DNA of 34,557 nucleotides from Candidatus Nanoarchaeia archaeon (GCA_035290625.1 DATDTY010000015.1:1-34557); one strand, 5' to 3'; counted from the first letter of the stretch, positions 8,472 through 17,766 are shown. Numbers and translations are program-made. The notes: generated by a model from the letters alone, not told the origin.

Positions 8472-9209
8472 TTACACTTTTTCTTTCTTATCTTCAAGGT
8501 TAGTTCTTTCATCTCGTGCTTTAACCGCCTTATACCACAGTACGTGCTCATAGATGCTTGACCATAACATTCCAAAGGTAAAAGCAAACATCAATTCTTC
8601 CAAGGGCACTCCAAGAAGCAATACTCCTGAAATTGCTGAAAGATTCCACACTTCTTGAACCAAACCAGGATAACCTAGGTTAAACAAAAGGAAAAATCCA
8701 AAATAGAGGGCTAGGAAGGATAACCCTCCAATCCAGACTTTTCTCTTTAGATCAGGCCGGCAGAAAATTGCGGCTATCCCGCCAACAAACATGGCGATAC
8801 TCGCTGAATAAATGGGATTCAATTTAGTAAATAATTGTAATGGAAGGAAAACAATCACCGGAGAAGCTAAAGCAAGTAGATGCAATCTATGTTTTTTTCT
8901 ATGTCTTTCATGCTTGCTTATTTCTTGATGGTTCACTCTAAGTAAAGCTTCATACATGATCGCCCCAATCCCACCAATAGCAAAGCTGAAAATAAAGCTC
9001 TCGATATCAAAGCCGGTTCTACTAGCTAGGTTAAATAAAGATGGAGGGCTCCAGTATTCGGGCACGAACAAATGTTCGGTTAGTCCAAAAGGCGCAGTGA
9101 AAATACTTACCCAAAACATTTCTTTACGGAGTTTTGGCTTAACCAACCAGATAAGCAGCCAAACTGACAGAAGTACTAAAGACGCTGTTAACCATGGATT
9201 CAATGCCAT
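8472..9209 (-). CDS. Lycopene-cyclase-domain integral membrane protein
   Basis: Multi-TM protein with a duplicated W...G(F/V)(D/P)(I/L)E(S/E)..F.F motif. Confidence 0.7.
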   Translation of the reverse strand: MALNPWLTASLVLLSVWLLIWLVKPKLRKEMFWVSIFTAPFGLTEHLFVPEYWSPPSLFNLASRTGFDIESFIFSFAIGGIGAIMYEALLRVNHQEISKHERHRKKHRLHLLALASPVIVFLPLQLFTKLNPIYSASIAMFVGGIAAIFCRPDLKRKVWIGGLSFLALYFGFFLLFNLGYPGLVQEVWNLSAISGVLLLGVPLEELMFAFTFGMLWSSIYEHVLWYKAVKARDERTNLEDKKEKV

Positions 9210-9271
9210 CGTTTCTCTTTTGCAGCTTTCCTCTCGTCAACATTCATCTTGCATATCGGATCCTGTACCGT
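9200..9271 (-). pseudogene. YHS-domain N-terminal remnant
   Basis: GAGGT SD, then ACG (probable mutated ATG) VQDPICKMNVDERKA, matching the YHS DPxCxMxV start. It ends after 23 codons at the next gene start. Confidence 0.55.
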
Positions 9272-9362
9272 ACTACTGACCTCAAGATCATTTTAACGGA
9301 TGCTTTGGCAGCCTCCATCTACCCCTTTTTTTGAGAGAACAATCTCCCATGTTTTTTCCATG

Positions 9363-9470
9363 TTACGGCCTCAGCCATGTTGGGTGCATTATCACCAGCA
9401 TAATTATAAAGAATGCTGCAAATATCCCCCATACCATCGCATTCTTAATTCTCCTTTTGTCTAATGGCAT
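9363..9470 (-). CDS. 35-aa single-TM peptide (not in the ORF track)
   Basis: MPLDKRRIKNAMVWGIFAAFFIIMLVIMHPTWLRP*; GGAGAGG SD upstream; overlaps the end of the upstream gene. Confidence 0.5.
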   Translation of the reverse strand: MPLDKRRIKNAMVWGIFAAFFIIMLVIMHPTWLRP

Positions 9471-9682
9471 TTTTTATCCTCTCCGGGTTTCTTATCGTCA
9501 TGCATATGCCTCATCATAAAGTAATGCGATAGCGGACAGAGCAATAATACCGCCCAAAATAAATAACTTCTGCTTATTCCAAAAAAATATATGGCTCCAA
9601 TTAACAAAAGCAAAGGCACGCCGCAGCACACAATCATCATTAAGGCGTGGTTATGCTTTAATTTGTCTATCCAGTTCTTCAT
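9461..9682 (-). CDS. DUF2933-like small membrane protein (copper-cluster associated)
   Basis: HALMMIVCCGVP...LLLCPLSHYFMM, His-containing tail ending KCH; GGAGGG SD before the ATG at 9682. Confidence 0.75.
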   Translation of the reverse strand: MKNWIDKLKHNHALMMIVCCGVPLLLLIGAIYFFGISRSYLFWAVLLLCPLSHYFMMRHMHDDKKPGEDKKCH

Positions 9683-9745
9683 GTTTACCCTCCAAACATT
9701 ACGGTAATTGCATTGAGGGTAACCCCTCCTCGATTCACCCATCTA

Positions 9746-9778
9746 TATTTAGATATATCGAAATATTTAAATATTTCG
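9746..9778. promoter_or_regulatory. Palindromic operator/TATA between divergent genes (probable PadR site)
   Basis: Perfect 20-bp palindrome CGAAATATTTAAATATTTCG (9759-9778) overlapping the imperfect palindrome TATTTAGATATATCGAAATA. Confidence 0.55.
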
Positions 9779-9796
9779 GTCGCTTCTACACAGTAT

Positions 9797-10228
9797 ATGC
9801 AGGTGAAGATCGGAAGTTTAGTCAAGTTTTATACAATTCTTCTGCTTAGTGAAGAGCCCAAGCATGGCTATGACCTTATGAAAGAGCTGGAAGAAACGTT
9901 AGGAAGAAAGATAAGCACCAGCCAAGTATATCCCTTCCTTAAGCTCTTAGAGAAAAATAGGCTCATTAAAATAGAGGAGATAGGGGAAAGAGAGAAAAAA
10001 ATATATCAGTTAACAAAAAACGGGAAAAAATTCGTTAATGTTTTCCTTCAAAGATTCGGGGATTTGATTGATATAGCCGTAGAGCCAAAACTCACAACAT
10101 GCGCGCATTGCAGCTGCAAGGTCTATGAAGGGGGCCATGCTGAACAAATGAAAGGAAACCTATTAAAATTCTGCTGCATGCACTGCGCCAGCGCCTACAA
10201 AAACATGTTAAAGAAACGTTTAAGGTAA
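9797..10228 (+). CDS. PadR-family regulator with C-terminal TRASH-like metal-binding motif
   Basis: PKHGYDLMKEL, VYPFLKLLEK and KKIYQLTKNG motifs; C-terminal CAHC...FCCMHC. Confidence 0.85.
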   Translation: MQVKIGSLVKFYTILLLSEEPKHGYDLMKELEETLGRKISTSQVYPFLKLLEKNRLIKIEEIGEREKKIYQLTKNGKKFVNVFLQRFGDLIDIAVEPKLTTCAHCSCKVYEGGHAEQMKGNLLKFCCMHCASAYKNMLKKRLR

Positions 10229-10229
10229 A

Positions 10230-10730
10230 ATGAAGCCCTGCTTTGCAAATCTTGACAATAAGCGAATCGGGATGGTTATCAGTGTTATTTCCATTATACT
10301 CCTGCTCATGTTATCCTCATTTTCCTTTAAAATCGCAAGGGCGGAAGCCGCAGCATGTGTCCATCCCGGCAATGTGTCATGCCCCGTAACCGCGCACATA
10401 CCTCCAGCCTCATATTTTGGAGCTGCTCTCCTTGCAGTTATATTCATTCTTGGGATTCGGCTTATGCGAAAAGCTGAAGCTGGTGAAAAAATACGCAAAG
10501 ACGCTGCAGAAAAGGCAGAAGCCGTTGCAAAAGCATTAACAGGAGACGAGAAAAAAGCTTATGAGCTGATTATGGCATCACAAGGGGCCGTTTTCCAGGG
10601 CGAGCTTGTGGAAAAAATGGGCTATTCAAAAATGAAGGTTACAAGAACTCTGGACAAGCTGGAAGGGCAGGGGTTAATCGAGAGGAGAAGGCGCGGATTG
10701 GCAAATATGGTTTTGATAAGATATCGCTAG
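10230..10730 (+). CDS. Membrane protein with C-terminal winged HTH
   Basis: Two TM helices, then LTGDEKK...QGELVEKMGYSKMKVTRTLDKLEGQGLIERRRRG. Confidence 0.8.
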   Translation: MKPCFANLDNKRIGMVISVISIILLLMLSSFSFKIARAEAAACVHPGNVSCPVTAHIPPASYFGAALLAVIFILGIRLMRKAEAGEKIRKDAAEKAEAVAKALTGDEKKAYELIMASQGAVFQGELVEKMGYSKMKVTRTLDKLEGQGLIERRRRGLANMVLIRYR

Positions 10731-10826
10731 TAACGTTGTAAGCTGAAACTAGTTTTGTTACTATGCCTTATATATTGTATCATCTTGACAATGGCAGAAC
10801 CAAACATAAACCTGAAAGGAGGGATC

Positions 10827-11714
10827 ATGATTTCACAGAAAAGAAACATCATCACAGCATCTTTAATATTGATAATCTTTGTTGGAAGTATTGTCGGATA
10901 TGGCATTATGGATGCGAACCCAGGAAAAAACAGCAAGGACATAAAGAAAACGCCAACTGGGAGCTTTCTTGGCTTGCCAGAGTATCCTGATGATATAACC
11001 ACAATGTTCCTGTGCCCGTGCTGCGGCCAGGCTCTTGACAGGAAAAACATATGCTGTGGCATGGCTTCTGATATGATAGCTTATATTAATTCATTGACTG
11101 GCTCAGGGCTTTCAAAAGACGAAGTCCTTATGAAGGGTGTCGAGAAATACGGCATCAATTCAGTCATAGAGTCAAAAAGATCTGCGGTGCAGGCGATGTT
11201 CGCAAAGCAAAATCCCTCAGTCTTCCCAGAAGGGCAGCTTCTGTTCTCAAATGCCGTAGGCCAAAAGGCTCCTGATTTCACGCTTGAAAGCATCGAAGGA
11301 GTATCAGTAAAGCTAAGCGATTACAAGGGGAAAAACGTGGTCTTATTTTTTACAGAAGGAAGCATGTGCTATCCTGCATGCTGGGACCAAATGAGCGCTT
11401 TTGGAAATGATGAAAGGTTCAATAATGATGAGCTAGTTGTATTTTCAATAACACCCGACCAAAGAAGCGAGTGGCAGAAAATAGTCCAAAAAGTCCCTAA
11501 AATGGCAAAAGCTAAAATTTTGTTTGACTCAGCAAGGGCAGTCTCTTCAGCTTACGATGTGCTGTCGCTTGCATCCTCAATGCACAAGGGCTCTTATCCG
11601 GGCCATACCTATTTTATAATCAACAAGGAGGGGATTATCCGCTATACACTGGACGATCCAAAGATGGCTATAAGGAACGACGAGCTTATTTCTGAGATAG
11701 ATAAGATTGCATGA
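10827..11714 (+). CDS. Redoxin (AhpC/TSA-like) protein with N-terminal CcmH-like Cys domain
   Basis: TM anchor, FLCPCC...ICCGMA, then VGQKAPDFTL...LSDYKGKNVVLFF...CYPAC; GGAGGG SD before the ATG at 10827. Confidence 0.8.
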   Translation: MISQKRNIITASLILIIFVGSIVGYGIMDANPGKNSKDIKKTPTGSFLGLPEYPDDITTMFLCPCCGQALDRKNICCGMASDMIAYINSLTGSGLSKDEVLMKGVEKYGINSVIESKRSAVQAMFAKQNPSVFPEGQLLFSNAVGQKAPDFTLESIEGVSVKLSDYKGKNVVLFFTEGSMCYPACWDQMSAFGNDERFNNDELVVFSITPDQRSEWQKIVQKVPKMAKAKILFDSARAVSSAYDVLSLASSMHKGSYPGHTYFIINKEGIIRYTLDDPKMAIRNDELISEIDKIA

Positions 11715-11723
11715 GGGCATAGA

Positions 11724-12581
11724 ATGGAATATGTGCTGGTAATGGCCTCGCTTGTAACCGCCTTTATTGCCGGAGTGGCCGCATTGTTTGCACCCTGCTG
11801 CATAACCGTGCTGCTGCCTGCTTATCTTGGCTCGATTTTCAGGCAGAAGGCTACAATAATGCTCATGACTTTTGTGTTCTTTGCAGGGCTGCTTGCAGTA
11901 TTTTTGCCTCTTGGATTGGGCTTTGCAGCCCTCGGTGTATTGTTCAGCAAATACCATAACTTAATTTTTGTGTCAGGGGGCGTTTTTCTATTGCTTTTAG
12001 GCGCATCAACACTTCTTGGAATGCATTTTTCGCTGCCATCTGCGCATCCAAAAATGAAGGTGCAGGATGCCGCTTCTGTTTTTGTGCTGGGAGTTTTTTC
12101 AGCTTTCGCAACCCTTTGCTGCGCCCCGGTATTAGCTGGCGTTCTGGCTTTGTCAATATTGCCTGGCTCAGTATTCTGGGGAGGACTGTATGCGCTTGCG
12201 TATGTGTTAGGCATGATTTTTCCGCTCTTTATCCTTGCTTATTTTGTGGACAAATCGGACTTAGGCAATAGACTGAGCTTTTTCAAAAAACAGGTTTCAT
12301 ATTTCATCGCAAAGAAGAAAATAGAAGTTACAATTGCCGAGATGATAGCAGGGATAATGTTTCTTTTGATGGGAACGCTTATACTCTACCTTGCAAAAAT
12401 GGGCAAGCTTGCAATGAGCAGCGATTACCAGGTAAGCGTAAATATATTTATGGCTAATCTAACCACTTTGATAAACTCTTTTTTTGTAAAAGGGCCTTTA
12501 GTAGTTTGGTTTTTGTTTGCAGCCGCAGTTTTATTGGCCTTAATTGCATTAATAAAGAGGGGGAAGGGTCAAGTTGACTAA
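11724..12581 (+). CDS. ccdA: CcdA/DsbD-type transmembrane disulfide reductase
   Basis: AFIAGVAALFAPCC..LLPAYL and CCAPVLAGVL motifs; multi-TM. Confidence 0.85.
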   Translation: MEYVLVMASLVTAFIAGVAALFAPCCITVLLPAYLGSIFRQKATIMLMTFVFFAGLLAVFLPLGLGFAALGVLFSKYHNLIFVSGGVFLLLLGASTLLGMHFSLPSAHPKMKVQDAASVFVLGVFSAFATLCCAPVLAGVLALSILPGSVFWGGLYALAYVLGMIFPLFILAYFVDKSDLGNRLSFFKKQVSYFIAKKKIEVTIAEMIAGIMFLLMGTLILYLAKMGKLAMSSDYQVSVNIFMANLTTLINSFFVKGPLVVWFLFAAAVLLALIALIKRGKGQVD

Positions 12582-12624
12582 ACAATTCATCTTTAGGTGA
12601 CCTCGACTTTACAGCTCAGATAAG

Positions 12625-12799
12625 GGAGGTTGGTGCAAAATTGTAGGTTGCCATCATTTTGTGAGCAACATCGCTAATGAATAAGCATCGACCTCGAGGG
12701 GATGCTCCATCCGGGACGAATGTCGATTATCACAGACATCTATGCCATGTGCGAACTCGATGGCAATCCGAGCATTGCGAGAATTTCGCACCAGCCTCC
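12625..12799 (+). ncRNA. Candidate structured RNA, copy C
   Basis: P1 GGAGGTTGGTGC/GCACCAGCCTCC; TGTA-GGTTGCCATC/GATGGCAATC; TTT-GTGA-GCA...TGC-GAA; ATCGAC/GTCGAT; apex AGGGGATG-CTCC-ATCC-GGGA. Confidence 0.7.
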
Positions 12800-12864
12800 A
12801 GATAATGGAAAGTCTTAAATATTCTCTCTGCAAGATACATTTCTTGAGCAGGTAAGCAGATGCA

Positions 12865-13812
12865 ATGAAAAAGCAACAACCATCAAAAAAGATTAAAACA
12901 AAGAATTACCAGCGGCTTAGTTTTCTTGCTCTTTTTCTGGCGTTTGCTTTGATTCTAGGCAGCTTAATCGGAAATGATAAAGACAGCGACAAAGCAGGCC
13001 TTGCCTCAAAGAGCAGCACTGATCACTCTACTGATACTTCTCATTCTACTGAAGTGAGAATCTGTGAGGCTCCGTGTATACTCTCATTTAATCCTTCTCG
13101 ATGGACGCCTCCTCAAGGAGTTACTCAGCCAGATGATGTCGGCAGGGAGATTGCACGCAGTCTCGGAATGACAGGAGAAGGATGGAGCGAAGGTGTTATG
13201 TCTATATGCCGCAGAGAGTTCTCTGAATCAGTTTATGATGTAATGAGATGTCGTCTTTCTTTTGTCACTATTTCAGGGATCGGAGATCGAAATAAAGACA
13301 CCGACAAAGCAGGCTTTGCTTCAAAGACTACTACCCATTCAACTGAGGTATCCACTGAAGTACCGACCTGCCAGGCTCCTTGTATACGCCATTTAGACCC
13401 ATCGGATCCCTTCCAATGGCAGCAACTAAGAGAGATTACTCAGCCAGATGATGTCGGCAGGGAGATTGCACGCAGTCTCGGAATGACAGGAGAAGGATGG
13501 AGCGAAGGTGTTATGTCTATATGCCGCAGAGAGTTCTCTGAATCAGCTGATGTAACGGGATGCTATCTTTCTTTTTTCAATATTGCATTGGAAGGAGCTT
13601 GCGTAGGCGGCCAAAGCCCTTCCGATGTAGCTTGGAACACGCTTCAGGCAAACGGCATAGAAGACAGAAACGCATATAGCGGTACAGAAGAAACTCAGCG
13701 TTGTTTAAACGCCCGCAGAGATTGCCAGGAGGCCTGCGGTTCTATCCCAGACGGTGAATTACTAAACACGTGCCTTACTCGGCTTAAAACCATAAACCCA
13801 GCCTGCGGATAA
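12865..13812 (+). CDS. Membrane-anchored Cys-rich protein with an internal duplication of about 105 aa
   Basis: Basic N-terminus plus TM helix; two copies of CxAPC...TQPDDVGREIARSLGMTGEGWSEGVMSICRREFSES; TATA CTTAAATA upstream. Confidence 0.75.
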   Translation: MKKQQPSKKIKTKNYQRLSFLALFLAFALILGSLIGNDKDSDKAGLASKSSTDHSTDTSHSTEVRICEAPCILSFNPSRWTPPQGVTQPDDVGREIARSLGMTGEGWSEGVMSICRREFSESVYDVMRCRLSFVTISGIGDRNKDTDKAGFASKTTTHSTEVSTEVPTCQAPCIRHLDPSDPFQWQQLREITQPDDVGREIARSLGMTGEGWSEGVMSICRREFSESADVTGCYLSFFNIALEGACVGGQSPSDVAWNTLQANGIEDRNAYSGTEETQRCLNARRDCQEACGSIPDGELLNTCLTRLKTINPACG

Positions 13813-13848
13813 TAATCATTAAAGCCAAAACCAAGCACCCCTTATTAT

Positions 13849-14421
13849 TTATTTCCTCACCACTTTCTCCTTCCCTCCCGTCAGATCAACCACCTGGGAA
13901 GGCTGCCCGTTCTTCTCCCCTTCATAGATCACAATGGGAACCTGTGCCTTGAAATCATGGTGCAAGTTCTCCAGAGAAGTCATGAAGTCCTGGCCTGCCT
14001 TGTTGGCAGAGGTGGTGATAATAGGAAAGCCGAGTTTCTCAACGACAGTATGGATCCAGTGGTTGGGAATTCTCACGCCGAGAGTCTTGCCTCCCGGGTT
14101 TACAGCCTGGCTCACGGCCTTCTTATTCTTTAGCTCCAGGATAAGAGTCAATGGCCCCGGAAGCTTCTGCACCCACTTCCTCTCCTTCTCAGATACCCTG
14201 CAATTCTTCAGTATCCATTCCTTTGAGGGAGCGATGATGGAGAACGGAGCAGTCTTCCTTGCCTTGAGCTCCCTGATCTTCCTGACTGCAGCATCATCCT
14301 TTGCATTGCAGCCGATGCCGTAGATCGTGTCTGTAGGATAGATGAAAATCTCCCCTTTCTTTATCTCAGCAAGGCAGATGTCCGCAGTATACAGCACGTC
14401 TTCCTTTGAGAGCACTCTCAT
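13849..14421 (-). CDS. tsaC: L-threonylcarbamoyladenylate synthase (single YrdC domain)
   Basis: YPTDTIYGIGC, KAR, PGPLTLIL, GVRIP and TTSAN motifs. Confidence 0.92.
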   Translation of the reverse strand: MRVLSKEDVLYTADICLAEIKKGEIFIYPTDTIYGIGCNAKDDAAVRKIRELKARKTAPFSIIAPSKEWILKNCRVSEKERKWVQKLPGPLTLILELKNKKAVSQAVNPGGKTLGVRIPNHWIHTVVEKLGFPIITTSANKAGQDFMTSLENLHHDFKAQVPIVIYEGEKNGQPSQVVDLTGGKEKVVRK

Positions 14422-14665
14422 GCCACCTCGGCATTGCCGGGAATTTATAAGAGTATGGTTTAGATTTTATATAATTTATATAGAACTCCAGTACTATCCC
14501 CAAGTGTGGAACTTCGCTTTCTGGAAAACCTGCCGAAGTTATTACTGCTGAATGGATCGCATCTTCCCGAGGATAAAACGCAAAAAACAACGTATCTGTT
14601 CTAATCTATAGTTTTAAGATTCAATGTATTTATAAATTCAGCAGCCAGAAAAAAACTTCAGAAAG

Positions 14666-17620
14666 ATGGATAACAAAACCCTTCAGTATGTTCGAAAGCG
14701 GGATGGCTCAAAAGCGGAGTTTTCCAGAGACAAGATCACTGAAGCCATTTTCAAGGCTGCCGGGTCTGTAGGAGGCAGCAACAGGAGAGAGGCAGCCAAG
14801 CTTGCTGATTTGGTTGTGGCGCTTATGGAAGAGGCATTTCCTTCCTCGCACATCCCGCATGTTGAGGAGGTCCAGGATATCGTTGAGAAAGTCCTGATTG
14901 AGAACGGTCATGCAAAGACTGCAAAATCCTATATCCTGTATCGGGCCAGGAGGGCAAAAGAGCGCGAAGAGGAAGTCACCCAGAAGGTCGAATCAGAACA
15001 TGCTGAACAAGGGTCTGCTGAAAGCCCGGGCCAGGCCGTTGCTGAGATGTTCACCTATACCTCAAAGCTTTCCAGGCTTGTGCCAAAGGAGAGGATTGAG
15101 ACATACCGGAGGCTCTATTATCTGCTCAAGGACATGATTGCTGCAGGCGAGCTTCCAAGCCATCCAAACTACCTGGGCGATAACGAGCTTGCAGAGAACA
15201 TCTACAGGAACAAGTATTATCTGAAGGATTTTAAGGGAGAGTGCATTGAGGGCTGTCCTGAAGACGTCTTTGCCAGGCTGGCCTCATATATCGCTGCAGT
15301 TGAGCCAACAGAGGATACTCAGAAGAAGTTTGCAATTGCGTTCTACAAAGACCTGTATCATGGAAGCTATCTTCCAGGAGGCAGGGTGATGGCCGGAGCA
15401 GGGGATCTCTACAGGCTCAAGACCCTTGCCAATTGCTTTGTGAGCCTGATCCAGGGAGACGATATCGAGTCTATATTCGGCACTGCCTATGAATGTGCGC
15501 GCACCTATAGTTATGGAGGCGGCATTGGTGTGGATATCTCAAACCTCAGGCCGACAGATTCCATTGTGCATAATGCAGCAGACCGCTCAACAGGAGCAGT
15601 CTCATTTATGGAGCTCTACAGCCTCACCACAGGCTTAATTGGCCAGTCAGGAAGAAGAGGGGCGCTTATGCTTACCATGGATGTCAAGCATCCTGATATC
15701 CTCCGCTTCATTGATGTCAAGAAAATCCCGAATTGGGTAACAAAGCAAGTTATCAAGCAGTGCGAATGGACAGGAAAATTCAGCCAAGCCCAGCTTGGAG
15801 AGATTGAAACGCAGGTGAGGGATAACACCCAGGTGAGGTTTGCCAATATCAGCATCAAGGTTTCTGATGAGTTCATGGGAGCAGTAGACGAACAGATCAC
15901 CTATGGGGAGAACGCTATCATGGTCTACAAGAAGTATACGCAGCATATCGTAAACGACGCTCCGCAGAACAAGACCCTGCACTACTCCTACGGCATTCCC
16001 TCAAAGAACCTTGAGGATTACAGCTTAGAGGCTGGCTTTAACACACTTCAGGACGCCAACACCTACCTCAAAGAGAAGTATCATATCGCGCTCAAAGAGG
16101 CTGACCTCGCATTTGAACGGAGAGATGTGTTCGGAGATTTTGTTGTCCCCCTGGAGCATGAGAGCTATCATCTGGCGATCCATAGGTCTGGTGATTTTAT
16201 GCTGTACTTCAGTTCTTCCCATACAGGCGAGATCAAGAGGCTTGTCAAGGCAAGAGATGTCTGGAACCGCTTTATTGCCTCAAACTATAAGACTGCAGAG
16301 CCTGGCCTGATATTCTGGTCTACAATGGTGAAGTATTCACCCTCAAACTGCCTTGGCGTGCCGATTGCAAGCACCAATCCCTGCGGAGAAGTTCCTTTGG
16401 AGGATGGCGGAGCCTGCAACCTCGGCTCTATAAACCTCTCACGCTTTGTGAAAGGGGGGTATACTGAAGAGGCGAGCATTGACTGGAAGGGAATCCAGGA
16501 TGCAACCTCCAACCTCGTCCGTTTTCTTGATAACGTGATCAGCTGGAATTCGGTGCTCAATCCCCTGGAGAAGCAGAGGGCTGCAGCATCCAGCATGAGG
16601 AGGATCGGCCTTGGCATCATGGGCATTGCAGATATGCTGAATCAGCTCGGGATTGGCTATGACAGCGAGGAGGGCATAAAGCTCATGGAGAAGGTCTCAT
16701 CAGTGATTGCAAACAGCGCGTATGGTGCATCAGCCATGATTGCTGCTGAGAAGGGCTCATTTCCGCTCTTCAACCTTGAGCAGTATGCAAAGAACAGGTT
16801 CTTCATTGAAAGCCTTGCTGCCGAAACAAGAGAGGCAGTGGTGAAGCATGGCTTGAGGAATGTTGCCATCCTTTCAATTGCGCCCACAGGAACCATATCA
16901 AATGCCATCCTGGGGTTCACGAACAAGGCTAGGAATTATGTTGGCGTTTCAGGAGGCATTGAGCCGATCTTCAGCCTCTACTACACAAGACGATCCGAGT
17001 CATTCAACAAATTCTTCAAGGTATTCCATCCAACTGTGCAGGCCTATATTGACCTGAAGGAGATGAACACCAAGGTCCAGGATACAAAGGATATCGATGA
17101 TCTGCAGAAGCTGCTTCCCAGCCATTTCTTCCGCACAGCGCACTTCATTGCAGCAGAGAAGAGGGTTGTGATCCAGGCAATCTGCCAGAAGTATATTGAC
17201 CACAGCATCAGCTCTACGGTAAACCTGCCTGAGAGCGTTGATCCGGAAACGATCACAAACATCTACCTCAATGCCTGGAAGCAGAAGCTCAAGGGCATTA
17301 CGATCTACAGAGATGGAAGCAGGTATCCAATCCTCTCCATCGAGGCAGAGCAGACAGAGTTCAAGGATATCAAGGAGAAGCAGTTCCGCTACCTTACAGA
17401 GGAGGGCGAGCAGATCGTGAAGGGAGACGAGGTTGTTGTGCTTCCGAATGCCGAGCTCAGCACACCTTTCCATCTCATGAAGAACGGCAAGCCTAATGAT
17501 ATCATCCTTGAAGAGATCTCAGCAGAGGAGCAGCTGGTGCAGCCTGAGGTCCCTGTTTCTGGAAAGGTATGCAAAGTGAAGTTTGAGAACGGCAAGCTTG
17601 TCAAGGACTGCGGTGATTGA
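14666..17620 (+). CDS. nrdJ: Adenosylcobalamin-dependent (class II) ribonucleotide reductase with N-terminal ATP cone
   Basis: VRKRDG ATP cone; LANCFV, RRGALM, TNPCGE, ACNLGSINL, APTGT and KGITIYRDGSR motifs; C-terminal Cys pair; no adjacent small-subunit gene. Confidence 0.9.
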   Translation: MDNKTLQYVRKRDGSKAEFSRDKITEAIFKAAGSVGGSNRREAAKLADLVVALMEEAFPSSHIPHVEEVQDIVEKVLIENGHAKTAKSYILYRARRAKEREEEVTQKVESEHAEQGSAESPGQAVAEMFTYTSKLSRLVPKERIETYRRLYYLLKDMIAAGELPSHPNYLGDNELAENIYRNKYYLKDFKGECIEGCPEDVFARLASYIAAVEPTEDTQKKFAIAFYKDLYHGSYLPGGRVMAGAGDLYRLKTLANCFVSLIQGDDIESIFGTAYECARTYSYGGGIGVDISNLRPTDSIVHNAADRSTGAVSFMELYSLTTGLIGQSGRRGALMLTMDVKHPDILRFIDVKKIPNWVTKQVIKQCEWTGKFSQAQLGEIETQVRDNTQVRFANISIKVSDEFMGAVDEQITYGENAIMVYKKYTQHIVNDAPQNKTLHYSYGIPSKNLEDYSLEAGFNTLQDANTYLKEKYHIALKEADLAFERRDVFGDFVVPLEHESYHLAIHRSGDFMLYFSSSHTGEIKRLVKARDVWNRFIASNYKTAEPGLIFWSTMVKYSPSNCLGVPIASTNPCGEVPLEDGGACNLGSINLSRFVKGGYTEEASIDWKGIQDATSNLVRFLDNVISWNSVLNPLEKQRAAASSMRRIGLGIMGIADMLNQLGIGYDSEEGIKLMEKVSSVIANSAYGASAMIAAEKGSFPLFNLEQYAKNRFFIESLAAETREAVVKHGLRNVAILSIAPTGTISNAILGFTNKARNYVGVSGGIEPIFSLYYTRRSESFNKFFKVFHPTVQAYIDLKEMNTKVQDTKDIDDLQKLLPSHFFRTAHFIAAEKRVVIQAICQKYIDHSISSTVNLPESVDPETITNIYLNAWKQKLKGITIYRDGSRYPILSIEAEQTEFKDIKEKQFRYLTEEGEQIVKGDEVVVLPNAELSTPFHLMKNGKPNDIILEEISAEEQLVQPEVPVSGKVCKVKFENGKLVKDCGD

Positions 17621-17623
17621 GTT

Positions 17624-17754
17624 TCAAGTAACATCGGGGGTTCTGTTAGCCGACCTACGCGTAAACATCTAGAGAGACATCTCACTTTTCTAGAAGATAG
17701 GTAGTATCCAGACCGCATAAATAGGCTAAAGCAACCTCTCGTTCTTGTTGTTGA
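17624..17754 (+). other. Long imperfect hairpin between convergent genes
   Basis: Nested stems TAACA/TGTTG, GGGGGTT/AACCTCT, TTAGCC/GGCTAA, ACCTA/TAGGT and TCTAGA/TCTAGA. Confidence 0.55.
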
Positions 17755-17766
17755 TCTATAATCAAG

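Noticed and set aside
12976..13590. Diversity-generating retroelement TR/VR pair
   Set aside because: The differences are not adenine-specific and include indels, and there is no reverse transcriptase in the window.
14430..14665. Cobalamin riboswitch or NrdR boxes upstream of nrdJ
   Set aside because: Only short inverted repeats (AACTTCG/CGAAGTT, CTGCTGAAT/ATTCAGCAG); no B12-box and no convincing NrdR consensus.
15890..16190. Intein in nrdJ
   Set aside because: No N-terminal C/S block, no HN-C/S/T end and no LAGLIDADG motifs.
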